A stretch of 64,000 bases of DNA from an uncultured Victivallales bacterium (GCA_964555035.1 CAZKRK010000003.1:1133-65132); one strand, 5' to 3'; shown: positions 36,450-45,519, counted from the first letter of the stretch. Translations and numbers: made by a program. The notes: generated from the letters alone by a model not told the origin.

Positions 36450-36677
36450 GCGCGACCACGCCACTCCGCGCCGATCCGCTCCGCGTCTCGGGCTACGTGG
36501 CTCACTACAAGCAGGGAGCGCGTGCGTTGGGTTTGTAGTCAGGCTCGCAGGACGGAAAAGCGAAGCGTTCCGCCCGGAGTGCCGTGCGCGAACCACGCCA
36601 CTCCGCGCCGATCCGCTCCGCGTCTCGGGCTACGTGGCTCACTACGAGCAGGGACCGCGTGCGTTGGGTATGTGGTC
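36450..36677. repeat. Two ~91-bp direct repeats separated by 45 bp, between the LamG paralogs
   Basis: 36450-36540 and 36586-36677: gcgcga(a)ccacgccactccgcgccgatccgctccgcgtctcgggctacgtggctcactac(a/g)agcaggga(g/c)cgcgtgcgttgggt.tgt.gtc, with only a handful of differences. Confidence 0.8.
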
Positions 36678-36683
36678 CCCGCA

Positions 36684-38030
36684 TCACCAGGTCAGGAATA
36701 TCGTCGGTCTGCGCATCCGTTTGGCCGGCTCGCCGACGGCCAGTGTATTGATCTGGCCCAGGGTCAGGGCGACGTCGAAAATGGCGACGTCGTCGATCTT
36801 GCCGTCGAACGTGAACCCGAATGAATCGCGGAAACGGGCGCCAATTCCCAAATCGCCACCGGCGAAATTGAAGTTCGCCGTCGCGGACGACTGGGCCACA
36901 CCGTCCACGTAGGCCTGCACGGAATTCCCTGTCCACACAAAGGCAAGGTGATACCACGTGCCCGCGCTCAGCGGACTCGCCGGCGCCAGCGAATGCCAGG
37001 CCACCCCGGCCTGGTAGACCTCCAGGCTGCCACTATCCAGACGCAACGTGCCGTCACCATCCCCGCCTGCGCTGACCCAGGAGAGAAGCCGCTGATCGGT
37101 GCTCAGGGATTCGGGACAGACCCACATCGAAACGGTCGCTTCTCCGTTGCCGGCGCTCGTGGACAGGTTGATGTCACCGCCATTCACGAAATCGTTGTTG
37201 CCCGTTTCGAAATCGAGCGCGGCCGCCGAAGGGAACTCGCTGCGCGAGGTGAGTTTCGATTCGAGACCGGCGGTGATCCACGTCGGCGAGTTGACAAGCG
37301 TACCGTCATTGCCGCCTTCGATCGTGTTGTCCGCCGTGGTACCGCCGCCATCATCGAAGCGCCAGTACTGCACCGGCGTCGGTAGCGACTCTACGGCTAC
37401 CACCGTGATCGTGAAGGCGTTGGTAACCCAGAAACCGTCGGTCGCGTTGGTCCCCTTAATCACGATGTCGTGCGAACCGGCGGCGAGCGCCGTCTTGGTG
37501 ACAAGGTTACTCGTGCCGACGGGAATCTCGAAGGTCGTCGTGTCGCCACTCGGATCCAGCACATACGTGAACCCGGCCTGCGATGCGGCGTTTGCCATGC
37601 TCAGCGTCCCGACCTGTGAACCCACGGCGGCACTGGAGGCCATGTTGGTGTTGGACAGGGAAACAGTGACCGGCGCTGCAACCGTGATCGTAAAGTCGTT
37701 GGTGACCGAGAAGCCGCCCTTCGCGCCCACGATCTTGACGGTGTACGGTCCGGCACCGAGCGCCGCCTTGACCAGCAGGTTGCTCGTGCCGCCGGTTATC
37801 TCGAAGTGCATCGTATCGCCGCCTGCATCCAGCGCATACGCGAATCCGGCGGGATTAGTATTGACCATACTCAACACCCCGACCAAGGTGCCCACGGGCG
37901 CGTTGGAGACGATGCTGTCGCCGGTGGTGTTGCCGTCCAATGTGACAGTTGTGGGAGTACGCGTATCCGTACTTGTCCCAATCCCCGAAGAGCCCGGCCA
38001 GGGCGAAATACGAGGCCCAGCACCGGACAT
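36684..38030 (-). CDS. 3' portion (2 cadherin-like repeats + LamG domain) of the frameshift-disrupted giant gene, or a leaderless-looking independent ORF without a signal peptide
   Basis: ...TVTLDGNTTGDSIVSNAPVGTLVGVLSMVNTNPAGFAYALDAGGDT..., two repeats, then GEATVSMWVCPE...WYHLAFVWTGNSVQAYVDG...GKIDDVAIFDVALTLGQI. No signal peptide. Overlaps the 3' end of 37855..42195 in another frame. Confidence 0.6.
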   Translation of the reverse strand: MSGAGPRISPWPGSSGIGTSTDTRTPTTVTLDGNTTGDSIVSNAPVGTLVGVLSMVNTNPAGFAYALDAGGDTMHFEITGGTSNLLVKAALGAGPYTVKIVGAKGGFSVTNDFTITVAAPVTVSLSNTNMASSAAVGSQVGTLSMANAASQAGFTYVLDPSGDTTTFEIPVGTSNLVTKTALAAGSHDIVIKGTNATDGFWVTNAFTITVVAVESLPTPVQYWRFDDGGGTTADNTIEGGNDGTLVNSPTWITAGLESKLTSRSEFPSAAALDFETGNNDFVNGGDINLSTSAGNGEATVSMWVCPESLSTDQRLLSWVSAGGDGDGTLRLDSGSLEVYQAGVAWHSLAPASPLSAGTWYHLAFVWTGNSVQAYVDGVAQSSATANFNFAGGDLGIGARFRDSFGFTFDGKIDDVAIFDVALTLGQINTLAVGEPAKRMRRPTIFLTW

Positions 38031-41000
38031 CGATCACGGCCTCGGTCCGCTTGATGAACTTCGCCGTGTCCGCCGTGTTCACCGCCCTGGCGATCTTGAA
38101 CACCTGCGTGTAGTCGTCGTTGGGGTGACGCATGGCGCGCTTGACCGAAAGCGCGGCATAGCGTGACTTCTTCATCCCGAACCGGTTGGTGATCATGCCG
38201 AACGCATCCACGCTGTAGTCGAGATTCTTGAACACCTCCGGATCCTCGTCCCCGAACCAGGTTCCGCACAGGTCTGTCGATGGCCCAAGCCAATCTTCGT
38301 AGAAAGAGAGACCTCCGGTGCCGAACGAGTAAGCGATTGGCGCTGCATAGCCGGAAGGTTCGCCTACTTCCCTGCACAGCCAGGGTAAGTAAGAATCCGT
38401 ATAGTAGCTGTTGTTGACGACCGTCAGCTTGTTGGCGCCCAGTACACGATTGTCCTTCGGCAACCTGATCACATTACCCGATGGATTCGCGTTGCCGCGC
38501 TCCCTGACACTGGCACCGTAAATCGCCCTGCTGTCGTCATACAGGAAGGTGCAGTCCACGTTCTGCTTCGACGTGTAGCCGAGTGTATTCAAGATGCTGT
38601 TGTTGGCCGCGGTAATCAGCACGCGATACGTCGGCATCCCCACCCCGTTCGCCTTCGTCAATCCCCAGCTCATGAGACACTCCGAGGGAGGCGCTCCGGC
38701 GGGGACGGTCTTTGACGGGAACCGTAAGGTTGCCGGCGATGCCGCGCCGTCCGTAGCATCGATCACGAAGGCAACCAGCGCGCGGGCAGATTGCCCCGGA
38801 ACAATGGCCGTGTAGATCCCGTCGCCGGCCACACGGTCCCCACCTGCGCCGCTATCGACCATCGGGAGCGTGTTGGTCGCGTACCCCGGGTCCACGCGGT
38901 AGCTCAGAGAGACGGACGCGACGTCGTCGGGGTCGTCGACGCGGCAGGTGACGACCACGTTGGAACCTGCCGGCGGCAGAATCGGGCTCTGGGTCACGTC
39001 CGCTATGGCGGGGCCCGCGTTTTCGGCATACCGGCTGTTTTGCTGGCCGGGACTGCCCAGGTTGGTCGGGAGCTCCAGATCCCCGGGTGTCGCGCACCAG
39101 TATCCGCGACATCCCATAAGCAGGTACGGGAAGCCGCAAAGCCAACGCACCTTCGCCTGAATCCTCGCCACCGTCCCGGGCTGCGGCGCCACGATCATGT
39201 TCTTCTGCGCATGGTTCTCGAAGAACGGGTAATCCCCCGAAAATTCGCCGCGATCGCTGGACCGGATGTGGAGCCCCGCCGACCCGGCATATCCCTGCCC
39301 GCTTTCCACCGCGGAGCGGTAATGACTGCCCTTGAACGACCATCCGTTCGCTCCGCCCTCGAGATCGTCGGAGAAGTGGGTCGTGGCGCCCGACGCCATC
39401 ACGATGTCGTCCACGACATACTCGCCGGCCATCAGCGCCACGACCTCAAACGGACTCGTGTAAGGGGGCGTGCCCCCCCGTTCGGAGCTCCCGTTGGACA
39501 CCTCGTCCGTATAGTCGACAATCGTCCAGGGCGCCTTCTGCGTTTCGTCGCTCCCGGCCCAGTTCATGCCGAGCCGGTTGTCGCTGTCCGGGTCCCTCAG
39601 TTCCAGGCTGCTGCCGCCGCCATCCGTCCACCGGCCCCACCCGTCCGAATACGTCACCGCGTCCACGGTCACGAAATCCTGGAATGGGAAGCCGGCGTTC
39701 TCCGGGCGTGACAGAACAAGACGTTCGCCGCGGAACGAGAGCCTGCCGCCGAAGTCACCCACGGTGTTCGAAGCGTCAAGCTGCGGGTATCGTGCCTGCA
39801 GGTTCGTCGTGTTCGCGGCAATCACAAGATACCCGCCCGACGGAATCACCGTCCCCGCGGGAACCATGTAATCAACCCCGTCCGTAAACCGCCAGTAGCC
39901 GACGTCGACTGCCGATTCCCCGCGGTTGTACAGCTCGATGTACTGTTCATCATCGTACCCGCCGATCGGGTGATACATGATTTCGTTGATGACGATGTCG
40001 CTCTCAAGCGGGGGCGCGTTGCTCCCACCCAGCGTGCGTGCCGACAAGGGCTGAAAGTCGGGCATTCCGTCCGGATACCGTCCGCACGATACGGCATTCT
40101 CCTGCGCGGGGTACTTCACACCGTTGACAACCGCCGCCTGGTTCGAGCTCACCAGGACGATCCTGCCGCCGGCCATGCTCAGCCCGAAACCGAGCTCGTT
40201 CGAATAGACCAGGAAGCCACGCGGGGCGATGGTCGTTCCGTCGGGAATTCTGAACTTGTTCACGGACGCGCTATCGCTGAGCCAGCAGCCCGACACGTCG
40301 ACGCTCGTGTTGTTCGCGTTGAAGAGCTCGATGGAATCCTGCAACGGTGGATCCGTGTGGGCCAGGAACTCGTTGATCACCACTCCCTCGTACCCGTGAC
40401 GCACATGCGGGTCGGGCAGGTTCGGCGTTCCACCCATCACGCTGCTCGCGGCCCATGCCCGGACATCGTCCTCGCCGTAGTCGGGCCTCAACAGGATCAG
40501 CGAGTGCCCGGCCCCGTCCGCGCCGATCGGCCAGGGGTACTCGCTCGAGTACCTGGCTTCGAGCAAGGTGGCGCCGTGGTTGTTCTTGATCCGCACCGTA
40601 CCGCCGGCGTTGTCCAACGCGCCGCTGTACGGTCCCAATACGCCACTGTAAGCAGCCGGGTCTTTCGCCACCACAAGGCTGCGGCGCCCCCGCAACAGGG
40701 TTCCGGGCGGGAATTCGTGCCCGATCTCACCGGTCAGTCGCCATCCACCCACATCCAGGTCCATCAACTGCGTGTTGAACAGTTCCACGAACTCGCCGTT
40801 GCGTCTGTCTTCGCGTGCCTTCGGATGATACATGATTTCGGAGATGATAACCGGGGTGAACCTGCTGCACGGTCCCAGCAGTGGGTCCGGCGGATCCACT
40901 AGGACCGTGAACGCGTTGGTGACCCAGAAACCGTCGATCGCGTTGGTTGCCCTGATTACGATGTCGTACGACCCGACGTCGAGCGGCTCGGCCGTCAGGA

Positions 41001-42195
41001 GCTTGTCGGTGTCGCTGATGGCAAAGTGGGTTGTGTCGCCACTCGGATCCAGCGCATACGTGAACCCTTCCTGCGAACCGGCATTCACCATGCTCAGCGT
41101 CCCGACCAATGAACCTACGACGGCGTTGGTGGTCACGTCGGTATTGGACAGCGAAACGGTGATGGGGGCCGTTACGCGGATCGTGAAATCGTTGGTCACC
41201 GTGAATCCGCCGTCCGTCCCCACGATCTTGAGGGCGTATGGTCCGGCGCCGAGGGCGGTCTTGACCACCAGGTTGCTCATGCCGCCGGGAATCTCGAAGT
41301 GTGTGGTATCGCCGCCTGCGTCCAGTGCATACGCGAATCCAGCCGGATTGGTGTTGACCATGCTCAACACCCCAACGCGCATGCCCACAGGCGCGTTGGC
41401 GGCGATGCTGCCCCAGGACGTACTGCCGTCCAATGTCACGGTGGGATCGGTACCGGTGGGTGGATTGGCCAGCTCCTCGATCTGAGACGGGGTCAGGGCA
41501 CTGCCATAAATGGCGACATCGTCGATCTGTCCGTTGAACCCGTCGCCGTAGGTGCCGACGTATTTGGCGGCAAGTCCGAAATTGCCGTTGCCCGCACCGA
41601 ACCCGAAATCCGCCGTGGCGGTTAATTGCGCGACACCGTCCAGGTAGGCCGTCACCTGTCCGCGATTCCACACAAGGGCGAGATGCTGCCACGAACCGGC
41701 GGTCAGCGCTCCGGCGCTGGTCAGATGCCCAAACCCGCCGCCGTGCCAGACCCACACCCCACCCACGCCGGCGGACTGACCGACGCCCACTGTGCCGGCC
41801 TGGGTCGTCACGCCGCTGAGGTGACCGATGAGCCGGACATCGCCGCTGAGTGTGTCGGGCCTGAGCCACATCGACACGGTAACTTCGCCACCGGTGCTGG
41901 TCGAAGTCAGGCCGATGTTGCCGCAGTCGACATGGTCGCCCGGATCGAAATCCAGCGCGGCAGTCGAAGGCAGAACCGAGCGGTCGGTTAGCTTGGGTTC
42001 CAGGCCGGTGGTGATCCATGCCGGCGGCCCCACGAGCGTGGCCGTGTTGCCCCCGCCGACCTCGTTGGCGGCGCTCGTTCCGCTGCCGTCATCCAGAAGC
42101 CAGTATTCACGCGGCTCAGCCTGTGCGGCACCCACACCCACCAGGATGCCTGCCGCCGTCACCGCCGTTGCGATTGTGCGTTTCGCGATCTTCAC
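37855..42195 (-). CDS. Giant secreted protein: LamG, 2 cadherin-like repeats, 3 lamin-tail (LTD) domains, unassigned middle region, CotH-like domain truncated at its HN motif (gene probably disrupted)
   Basis: Start set to GTG 42195 (VKIAKRTIATAVTAAGILVGVGAAQA signal peptide; AAGGAA 11 nt upstream), because the upstream 72 codons of the listed ORF read through the conserved box. LTD blocks: IISEIMYHP...EFVELFNTQLMDLDVGGWRL, VINEFLAH...IELFNANNTSVDVSGCWL, VINEIMYHP...YIELYNRGESAVDVGYWRF. CotH-like: ...VIDVRCWASYFALAGLFGDWDKYGYAYSHN, followed by out-of-frame junk to the stop at 37855. Confidence 0.65.
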   Translation of the reverse strand: MKIAKRTIATAVTAAGILVGVGAAQAEPREYWLLDDGSGTSAANEVGGGNTATLVGPPAWITTGLEPKLTDRSVLPSTAALDFDPGDHVDCGNIGLTSTSTGGEVTVSMWLRPDTLSGDVRLIGHLSGVTTQAGTVGVGQSAGVGGVWVWHGGGFGHLTSAGALTAGSWQHLALVWNRGQVTAYLDGVAQLTATADFGFGAGNGNFGLAAKYVGTYGDGFNGQIDDVAIYGSALTPSQIEELANPPTGTDPTVTLDGSTSWGSIAANAPVGMRVGVLSMVNTNPAGFAYALDAGGDTTHFEIPGGMSNLVVKTALGAGPYALKIVGTDGGFTVTNDFTIRVTAPITVSLSNTDVTTNAVVGSLVGTLSMVNAGSQEGFTYALDPSGDTTHFAISDTDKLLTAEPLDVGSYDIVIRATNAIDGFWVTNAFTVLVDPPDPLLGPCSRFTPVIISEIMYHPKAREDRRNGEFVELFNTQLMDLDVGGWRLTGEIGHEFPPGTLLRGRRSLVVAKDPAAYSGVLGPYSGALDNAGGTVRIKNNHGATLLEARYSSEYPWPIGADGAGHSLILLRPDYGEDDVRAWAASSVMGGTPNLPDPHVRHGYEGVVINEFLAHTDPPLQDSIELFNANNTSVDVSGCWLSDSASVNKFRIPDGTTIAPRGFLVYSNELGFGLSMAGGRIVLVSSNQAAVVNGVKYPAQENAVSCGRYPDGMPDFQPLSARTLGGSNAPPLESDIVINEIMYHPIGGYDDEQYIELYNRGESAVDVGYWRFTDGVDYMVPAGTVIPSGGYLVIAANTTNLQARYPQLDASNTVGDFGGRLSFRGERLVLSRPENAGFPFQDFVTVDAVTYSDGWGRWTDGGGSSLELRDPDSDNRLGMNWAGSDETQKAPWTIVDYTDEVSNGSSERGGTPPYTSPFEVVALMAGEYVVDDIVMASGATTHFSDDLEGGANGWSFKGSHYRSAVESGQGYAGSAGLHIRSSDRGEFSGDYPFFENHAQKNMIVAPQPGTVARIQAKVRWLCGFPYLLMGCRGYWCATPGDLELPTNLGSPGQQNSRYAENAGPAIADVTQSPILPPAGSNVVVTCRVDDPDDVASVSLSYRVDPGYATNTLPMVDSGAGGDRVAGDGIYTAIVPGQSARALVAFVIDATDGAASPATLRFPSKTVPAGAPPSECLMSWGLTKANGVGMPTYRVLITAANNSILNTLGYTSKQNVDCTFLYDDSRAIYGASVRERGNANPSGNVIRLPKDNRVLGANKLTVVNNSYYTDSYLPWLCREVGEPSGYAAPIAYSFGTGGLSFYEDWLGPSTDLCGTWFGDEDPEVFKNLDYSVDAFGMITNRFGMKKSRYAALSVKRAMRHPNDDYTQVFKIARAVNTADTAKFIKRTEAVIDVRCWASYFALAGLFGDWDKYGYAYSHNCHIGRQHHRRQHRLQRARGHLGRGVEYGQY

Positions 42196-42308
42196 ACCGT
42201 CCGTTGTTCCTTGCCTCTCATCGCTCACGTGCGACCGCGCATTCGTGGCACTACTGCCTACTATGGCCCCTATTATGCGTTGAAGGGCGAGCGAGATACT
42301 ACCCAACG

Positions 42309-42338
42309 TTGCGCACAGACTTTTTCCTATTTGCGCAC
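42309..42338 (-). promoter_or_regulatory. TTGCGCAC-N14-TTGCGCAC box upstream of the giant LamG/LTD/CotH gene
   Basis: ttgcgcacagactttttcctatttgcgcac, 114 nt from GTG 42195. Preceded by gagatactaccc (42293-42304). Confidence 0.55.
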
Positions 42339-42372
42339 ATTCACTTTCAGATTGCGGTCGTGCAACGAGTAG

Positions 42373-42400
42373 TTGCTTCTCCAGGCCGTTCTGGTATACT
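42373..42400 (+). promoter_or_regulatory. Sigma70-like promoter of hicBA (TTGCTT-16-TATACT); near-leaderless transcript
   Basis: ttgctt at 42373-42378, 16-nt spacer, tatact at 42395-42400. ATG 42410 is only 9 nt after the -10, and no Shine-Dalgarno is visible. Confidence 0.4.
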
Positions 42401-42409
42401 AATCTCATC

Positions 42410-42619
42410 ATGAAGACTTACACCGTCGTCGTTGAGCATTGCCCGGAAACGGATCTGTATGTCGGCTACGTTCCCGGTTTCCCGGGCGCCCATTCTCAGG
42501 GCACCACACTTGACGAACTGCAACACAACATGCAGGAAGTCGTGGCCATGCTTCTTGAAGACGGGGAGCCCAAACTGGAAGCGGAGTTCGTCGGAACTCA
42601 GAACCTGGTCATGGCCTGA
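42410..42619 (+). CDS. hicB: HicB-family antitoxin (UPF0150)
   Basis: YTVVVEHCPETDLYVGYVPGFPGAHSQGTTLDELQHNMQEVVAMLLED is the HicB N-terminal fold signature. It is followed 2 nt later by hicA. Confidence 0.8.
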   Translation: MKTYTVVVEHCPETDLYVGYVPGFPGAHSQGTTLDELQHNMQEVVAMLLEDGEPKLEAEFVGTQNLVMA

Positions 42620-42621
42620 GC

Positions 42622-42846
42622 ATGGGCAACGTTCCAGTACTTAAGCCCAAGGAAGTCGTCCGTATACTTGAGACTCTCGGCTTCCTGCTCGTACGCCAAC
42701 GCGGCTCCCACCGCCAGTACCGCCACAGTGACGGCCGCTGCACGACCGTTCCTTTCCATGCCGGCCGCGACATCGCCCCACCCCTGCTTCGTCAGATCGC
42801 AAAGGACGTCCACCTGAGCATCGACGAGTTCCTAACGCATCGGTGA
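42622..42846 (+). CDS. hicA: HicA-family mRNA interferase toxin
   Basis: LKPKEVVRILETLGFLLVRQRGSHRQYRH...TVPFHAGRDIAPPLLRQIAKD is the HicA/YcfA pattern including the GSH histidine. Confidence 0.85.
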   Translation: MGNVPVLKPKEVVRILETLGFLLVRQRGSHRQYRHSDGRCTTVPFHAGRDIAPPLLRQIAKDVHLSIDEFLTHR

Positions 42847-44322
42847 TGGTCCGATCACTCGCACCTCCACCCCCAGCATCCGCCCGAAGGCGGCAACGGC
42901 CTCCGCGCAGTCTCCCAGCACCAGCGCGCTGTGGTGCGTACCGCCGGCGCGGGAGTAGGCTTCGAGGAAATCGCCCACCTTGCACGTGGGCCGCACCCAG
43001 GCGCGAACCGTGTCGCGCATGGCCGGGTCGAGGGTGTCGTCTTCGGCCAATACTTCGACCGGGGCAACGATCAGGGAGAAGCTGTCATTCGGGCCGGGCG
43101 GGAGGTTGACAAACACGGCTGGCCCGGGCTTAACGGCACAGGTCAACACTGCGGTCGTTGCGGATTTGCCGTCGAATGCCGGCTTGGCACAGATCCTGGG
43201 CCGATCGCCGGCGACGGCGGGACCGATCTCGCCCATGTGCGAGAGGAACAGGCTGTTGCCGGTCCAGTCGGGACAGAAGATCTCGGTGAAGGTGACGCCG
43301 CCGAACTCCCGCGCCAGGGCTCCCACCAGGGCGGCGGTGAGAACATCCCCTTCGCCGGCATACCCGATGCCCCGCGCCATGGCTTTCGAGATCTCCAGGA
43401 ACGGCATGGTGTCGGCAGCTCGGTCGGTACGGTCGAACTCCTGAAAGTTGATGCTGAAGCCGTGATACCCACCGGCATCAAGCAACTGCCGCAATCCGAG
43501 TCCCACGCGAATGGACTGACGGTGAACAGCCTCGTCCAGCTCGCAGTCGAACCGTTTGTGGTCCAACGCGAGTTCCGCAGTCACGGCCGTTTCCGTCACG
43601 GCCCCGACCGCGCTGTCCAGTGCTTCCAGTCCAACCTGCTCGACCTCTATTCCGAGGCGCTCACGCAGAAGCTCCACCTCAACGGCGAAATCGCCCATCC
43701 CGGTAAAGGCATCGCCGATGCGCAATATGCGATTGTCGTGCATTGGTGCTCCCGCGGATGCGGAACGGGTCGAATCCACGATGGCCGAGCCACCGTCGAG
43801 TCCGGCAGGAGTCGCGTCGGCTGCAGAGGCGGTTCGAACCATCCCTGCAACCCGTTCCAGCAAGGACGGATCACGGTAGTGGCCGGCAGCAATCTCGTAC
43901 GCCTTGCCGCGCCGCCGCAGCATGCTGGCCAGGTCCATGACGCCGTGGATGCCGTGGTTGTACATCAGCCGGTCCGCCCGTACATCAACGCCGTACGCCG
44001 CGTCCATGGTCGTGTCCAGCATGACGATCGGCAGCGAGGTGCCGCACAGTGCATCGATGGCCTCCAGGGAAGGTGAATACGCCAGGTGCAACGTGACGAT
44101 GGCGTCGATGCTATCGTTCTCGAACTGGTGGACAGCGGCCCCAAACTCGTCCGCAACACAGCAAATCGGCGCCTGCCGCACCGCAATGCCCAGCGCCTCA
44201 AAGCCGCCAACAACGTCGGCCATAAAGCCGTCAAACTGCGACCGCAGATCCGGCAGCAGCTCGTCGTACAGCGCCAGGTAAAGCGGCAGGAGACCGACGG
44301 TGAGTTTGGTTTCATCTGTCAT
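42832..44322 (-). CDS. L-arabinose-isomerase-like (AraA/FucI superfamily) sugar isomerase
   Basis: ATG 44322 (MTDETKLTVGLLPLYL...). GIGYAGEGDVLTAALVG, FLSHMGE and AGGTHHSALVLG parallel the E. coli AraA blocks GYGFAGEGDWKTAAL, LGSHMLE and AGGAHHTVF. Confidence 0.75.
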   Translation of the reverse strand: MTDETKLTVGLLPLYLALYDELLPDLRSQFDGFMADVVGGFEALGIAVRQAPICCVADEFGAAVHQFENDSIDAIVTLHLAYSPSLEAIDALCGTSLPIVMLDTTMDAAYGVDVRADRLMYNHGIHGVMDLASMLRRRGKAYEIAAGHYRDPSLLERVAGMVRTASAADATPAGLDGGSAIVDSTRSASAGAPMHDNRILRIGDAFTGMGDFAVEVELLRERLGIEVEQVGLEALDSAVGAVTETAVTAELALDHKRFDCELDEAVHRQSIRVGLGLRQLLDAGGYHGFSINFQEFDRTDRAADTMPFLEISKAMARGIGYAGEGDVLTAALVGALAREFGGVTFTEIFCPDWTGNSLFLSHMGEIGPAVAGDRPRICAKPAFDGKSATTAVLTCAVKPGPAVFVNLPPGPNDSFSLIVAPVEVLAEDDTLDPAMRDTVRAWVRPTCKVGDFLEAYSRAGGTHHSALVLGDCAEAVAAFGRMLGVEVRVIGPSPMR

Positions 44323-44460
44323 GAGATACGGTCCCCCCGAAGGCAGGCAATGGAGGGCGAGGCTGCGCCGAGCCGTGAGCAAATGCAGAGCATATACCGT
44401 GTAAGAAAGGCGCAGAGCTCCCCCCTTTACTCCGTCCATGCACGTTCGCTTGCGCCCGGC

Positions 44461-45504
44461 TCAGCACAGCTTCGCCCTCCAGGACATTCTCTCAGCCACC
44501 GACCGAAACAGCCGATCGGCATTGTTGAAGAAGAAGTCCTCGACCTCCCGCTCCTCCAGCCCCGCACGCTCCGCGGCCAGCTTGATACCACGGAGCTGCT
44601 CGTAATAAAAGGTCGTGAATGTCACGGCGCCGTTGGCGTCGTAGATCGAGGTGCCCAGCTCATAGTCTTCGCCCAGCAGGTAGGCGTACTGGTTGTTGAT
44701 CTCCACGGATTTGCCGCGCAGTAACGCGAAAGGCGTATCGGCACCGAACAGGATGCGGTCGCGCGGGAAGTTCCCGAAGGCGTACTCAAGAACCCCCTCG
44801 TGGTTGATCATGGCGGTGTCGATCCAGGCGTTGGGACAGGCGGCAATGCCCGCCAAAAAGCCAACCACGTTGCGCAGGAAATAGGCCCGCCCGACGTGTG
44901 CGAAGATGATACGTGCCTTCGGATAGCGCTCACACAGCTCCACCATCTGGGCCTGGTTGACCGGGTCGGCCAGACGCCCCGGCCGCGGAATGTGCAGCAT
45001 GTTCACCAGCCCGAGTTCATCGGCCGCCTCCATCTGCGCGGCAGGCAACATGTCGTTCACCGTCACCTCGTCTACCGGCTTGCCGGTGACGAAAGCCGGG
45101 TACGGCTTGAAGCCGACGAGCTGGTTTTGCTCCACTCGCCGCCGCGCGGTTTTCGCCGAATCCTCGGGCGCCACCAGGGCCAGGCCATAGGAGCTCTGGC
45201 TGTCTGAAATGCTGCCCGTGTAGACTGCCGAGGCGTCGCGATCGCTCTCCAGACCCGGGTGACCAAAGCTGTTCGTGTAGATCTTCACGCCCGGCAGGGC
45301 CTGGTCGGCCCACGCCCGGTACTGTGACGGCGTGAATACACCGCCGAACTTGTGGTAGCAGTGTCGCGGCGGGAAGGTCGCGCCCGGAAGCAGGCATGAC
45401 GCGTCGAAGAAGTGAACATGCGCATCGAAGATTCTCGAAGGCAGAAATCCACGCAGCTCTCGCTCGAAGATCTGCCGGTCCCTCTCTTGACGATCATCGC
45501 TCAT
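44461..45504 (-). CDS. Amidohydrolase-2-type metal-dependent TIM-barrel hydrolase
   Basis: IFDAHVHFFD (HxH metal site near the N-terminus), MLHIPRPG, IIFAHVGRAY and LFGADTPF are family-like blocks. Confidence 0.7.
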   Translation of the reverse strand: MSDDRQERDRQIFERELRGFLPSRIFDAHVHFFDASCLLPGATFPPRHCYHKFGGVFTPSQYRAWADQALPGVKIYTNSFGHPGLESDRDASAVYTGSISDSQSSYGLALVAPEDSAKTARRRVEQNQLVGFKPYPAFVTGKPVDEVTVNDMLPAAQMEAADELGLVNMLHIPRPGRLADPVNQAQMVELCERYPKARIIFAHVGRAYFLRNVVGFLAGIAACPNAWIDTAMINHEGVLEYAFGNFPRDRILFGADTPFALLRGKSVEINNQYAYLLGEDYELGTSIYDANGAVTFTTFYYEQLRGIKLAAERAGLEEREVEDFFFNNADRLFRSVAERMSWRAKLC

Positions 45505-45519
45505 TGCGCTCGCATCTCC

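Noticed and set aside
36450-36677. CRISPR array candidates (direct repeats here, the 13-bp arrays at 12640 and 23494, and the REP clusters)
   Set aside because: There are only two 91-bp units here. The 13-bp units have no spacers. The REP units are palindromes in mixed orientation. No cas genes are present in the window.
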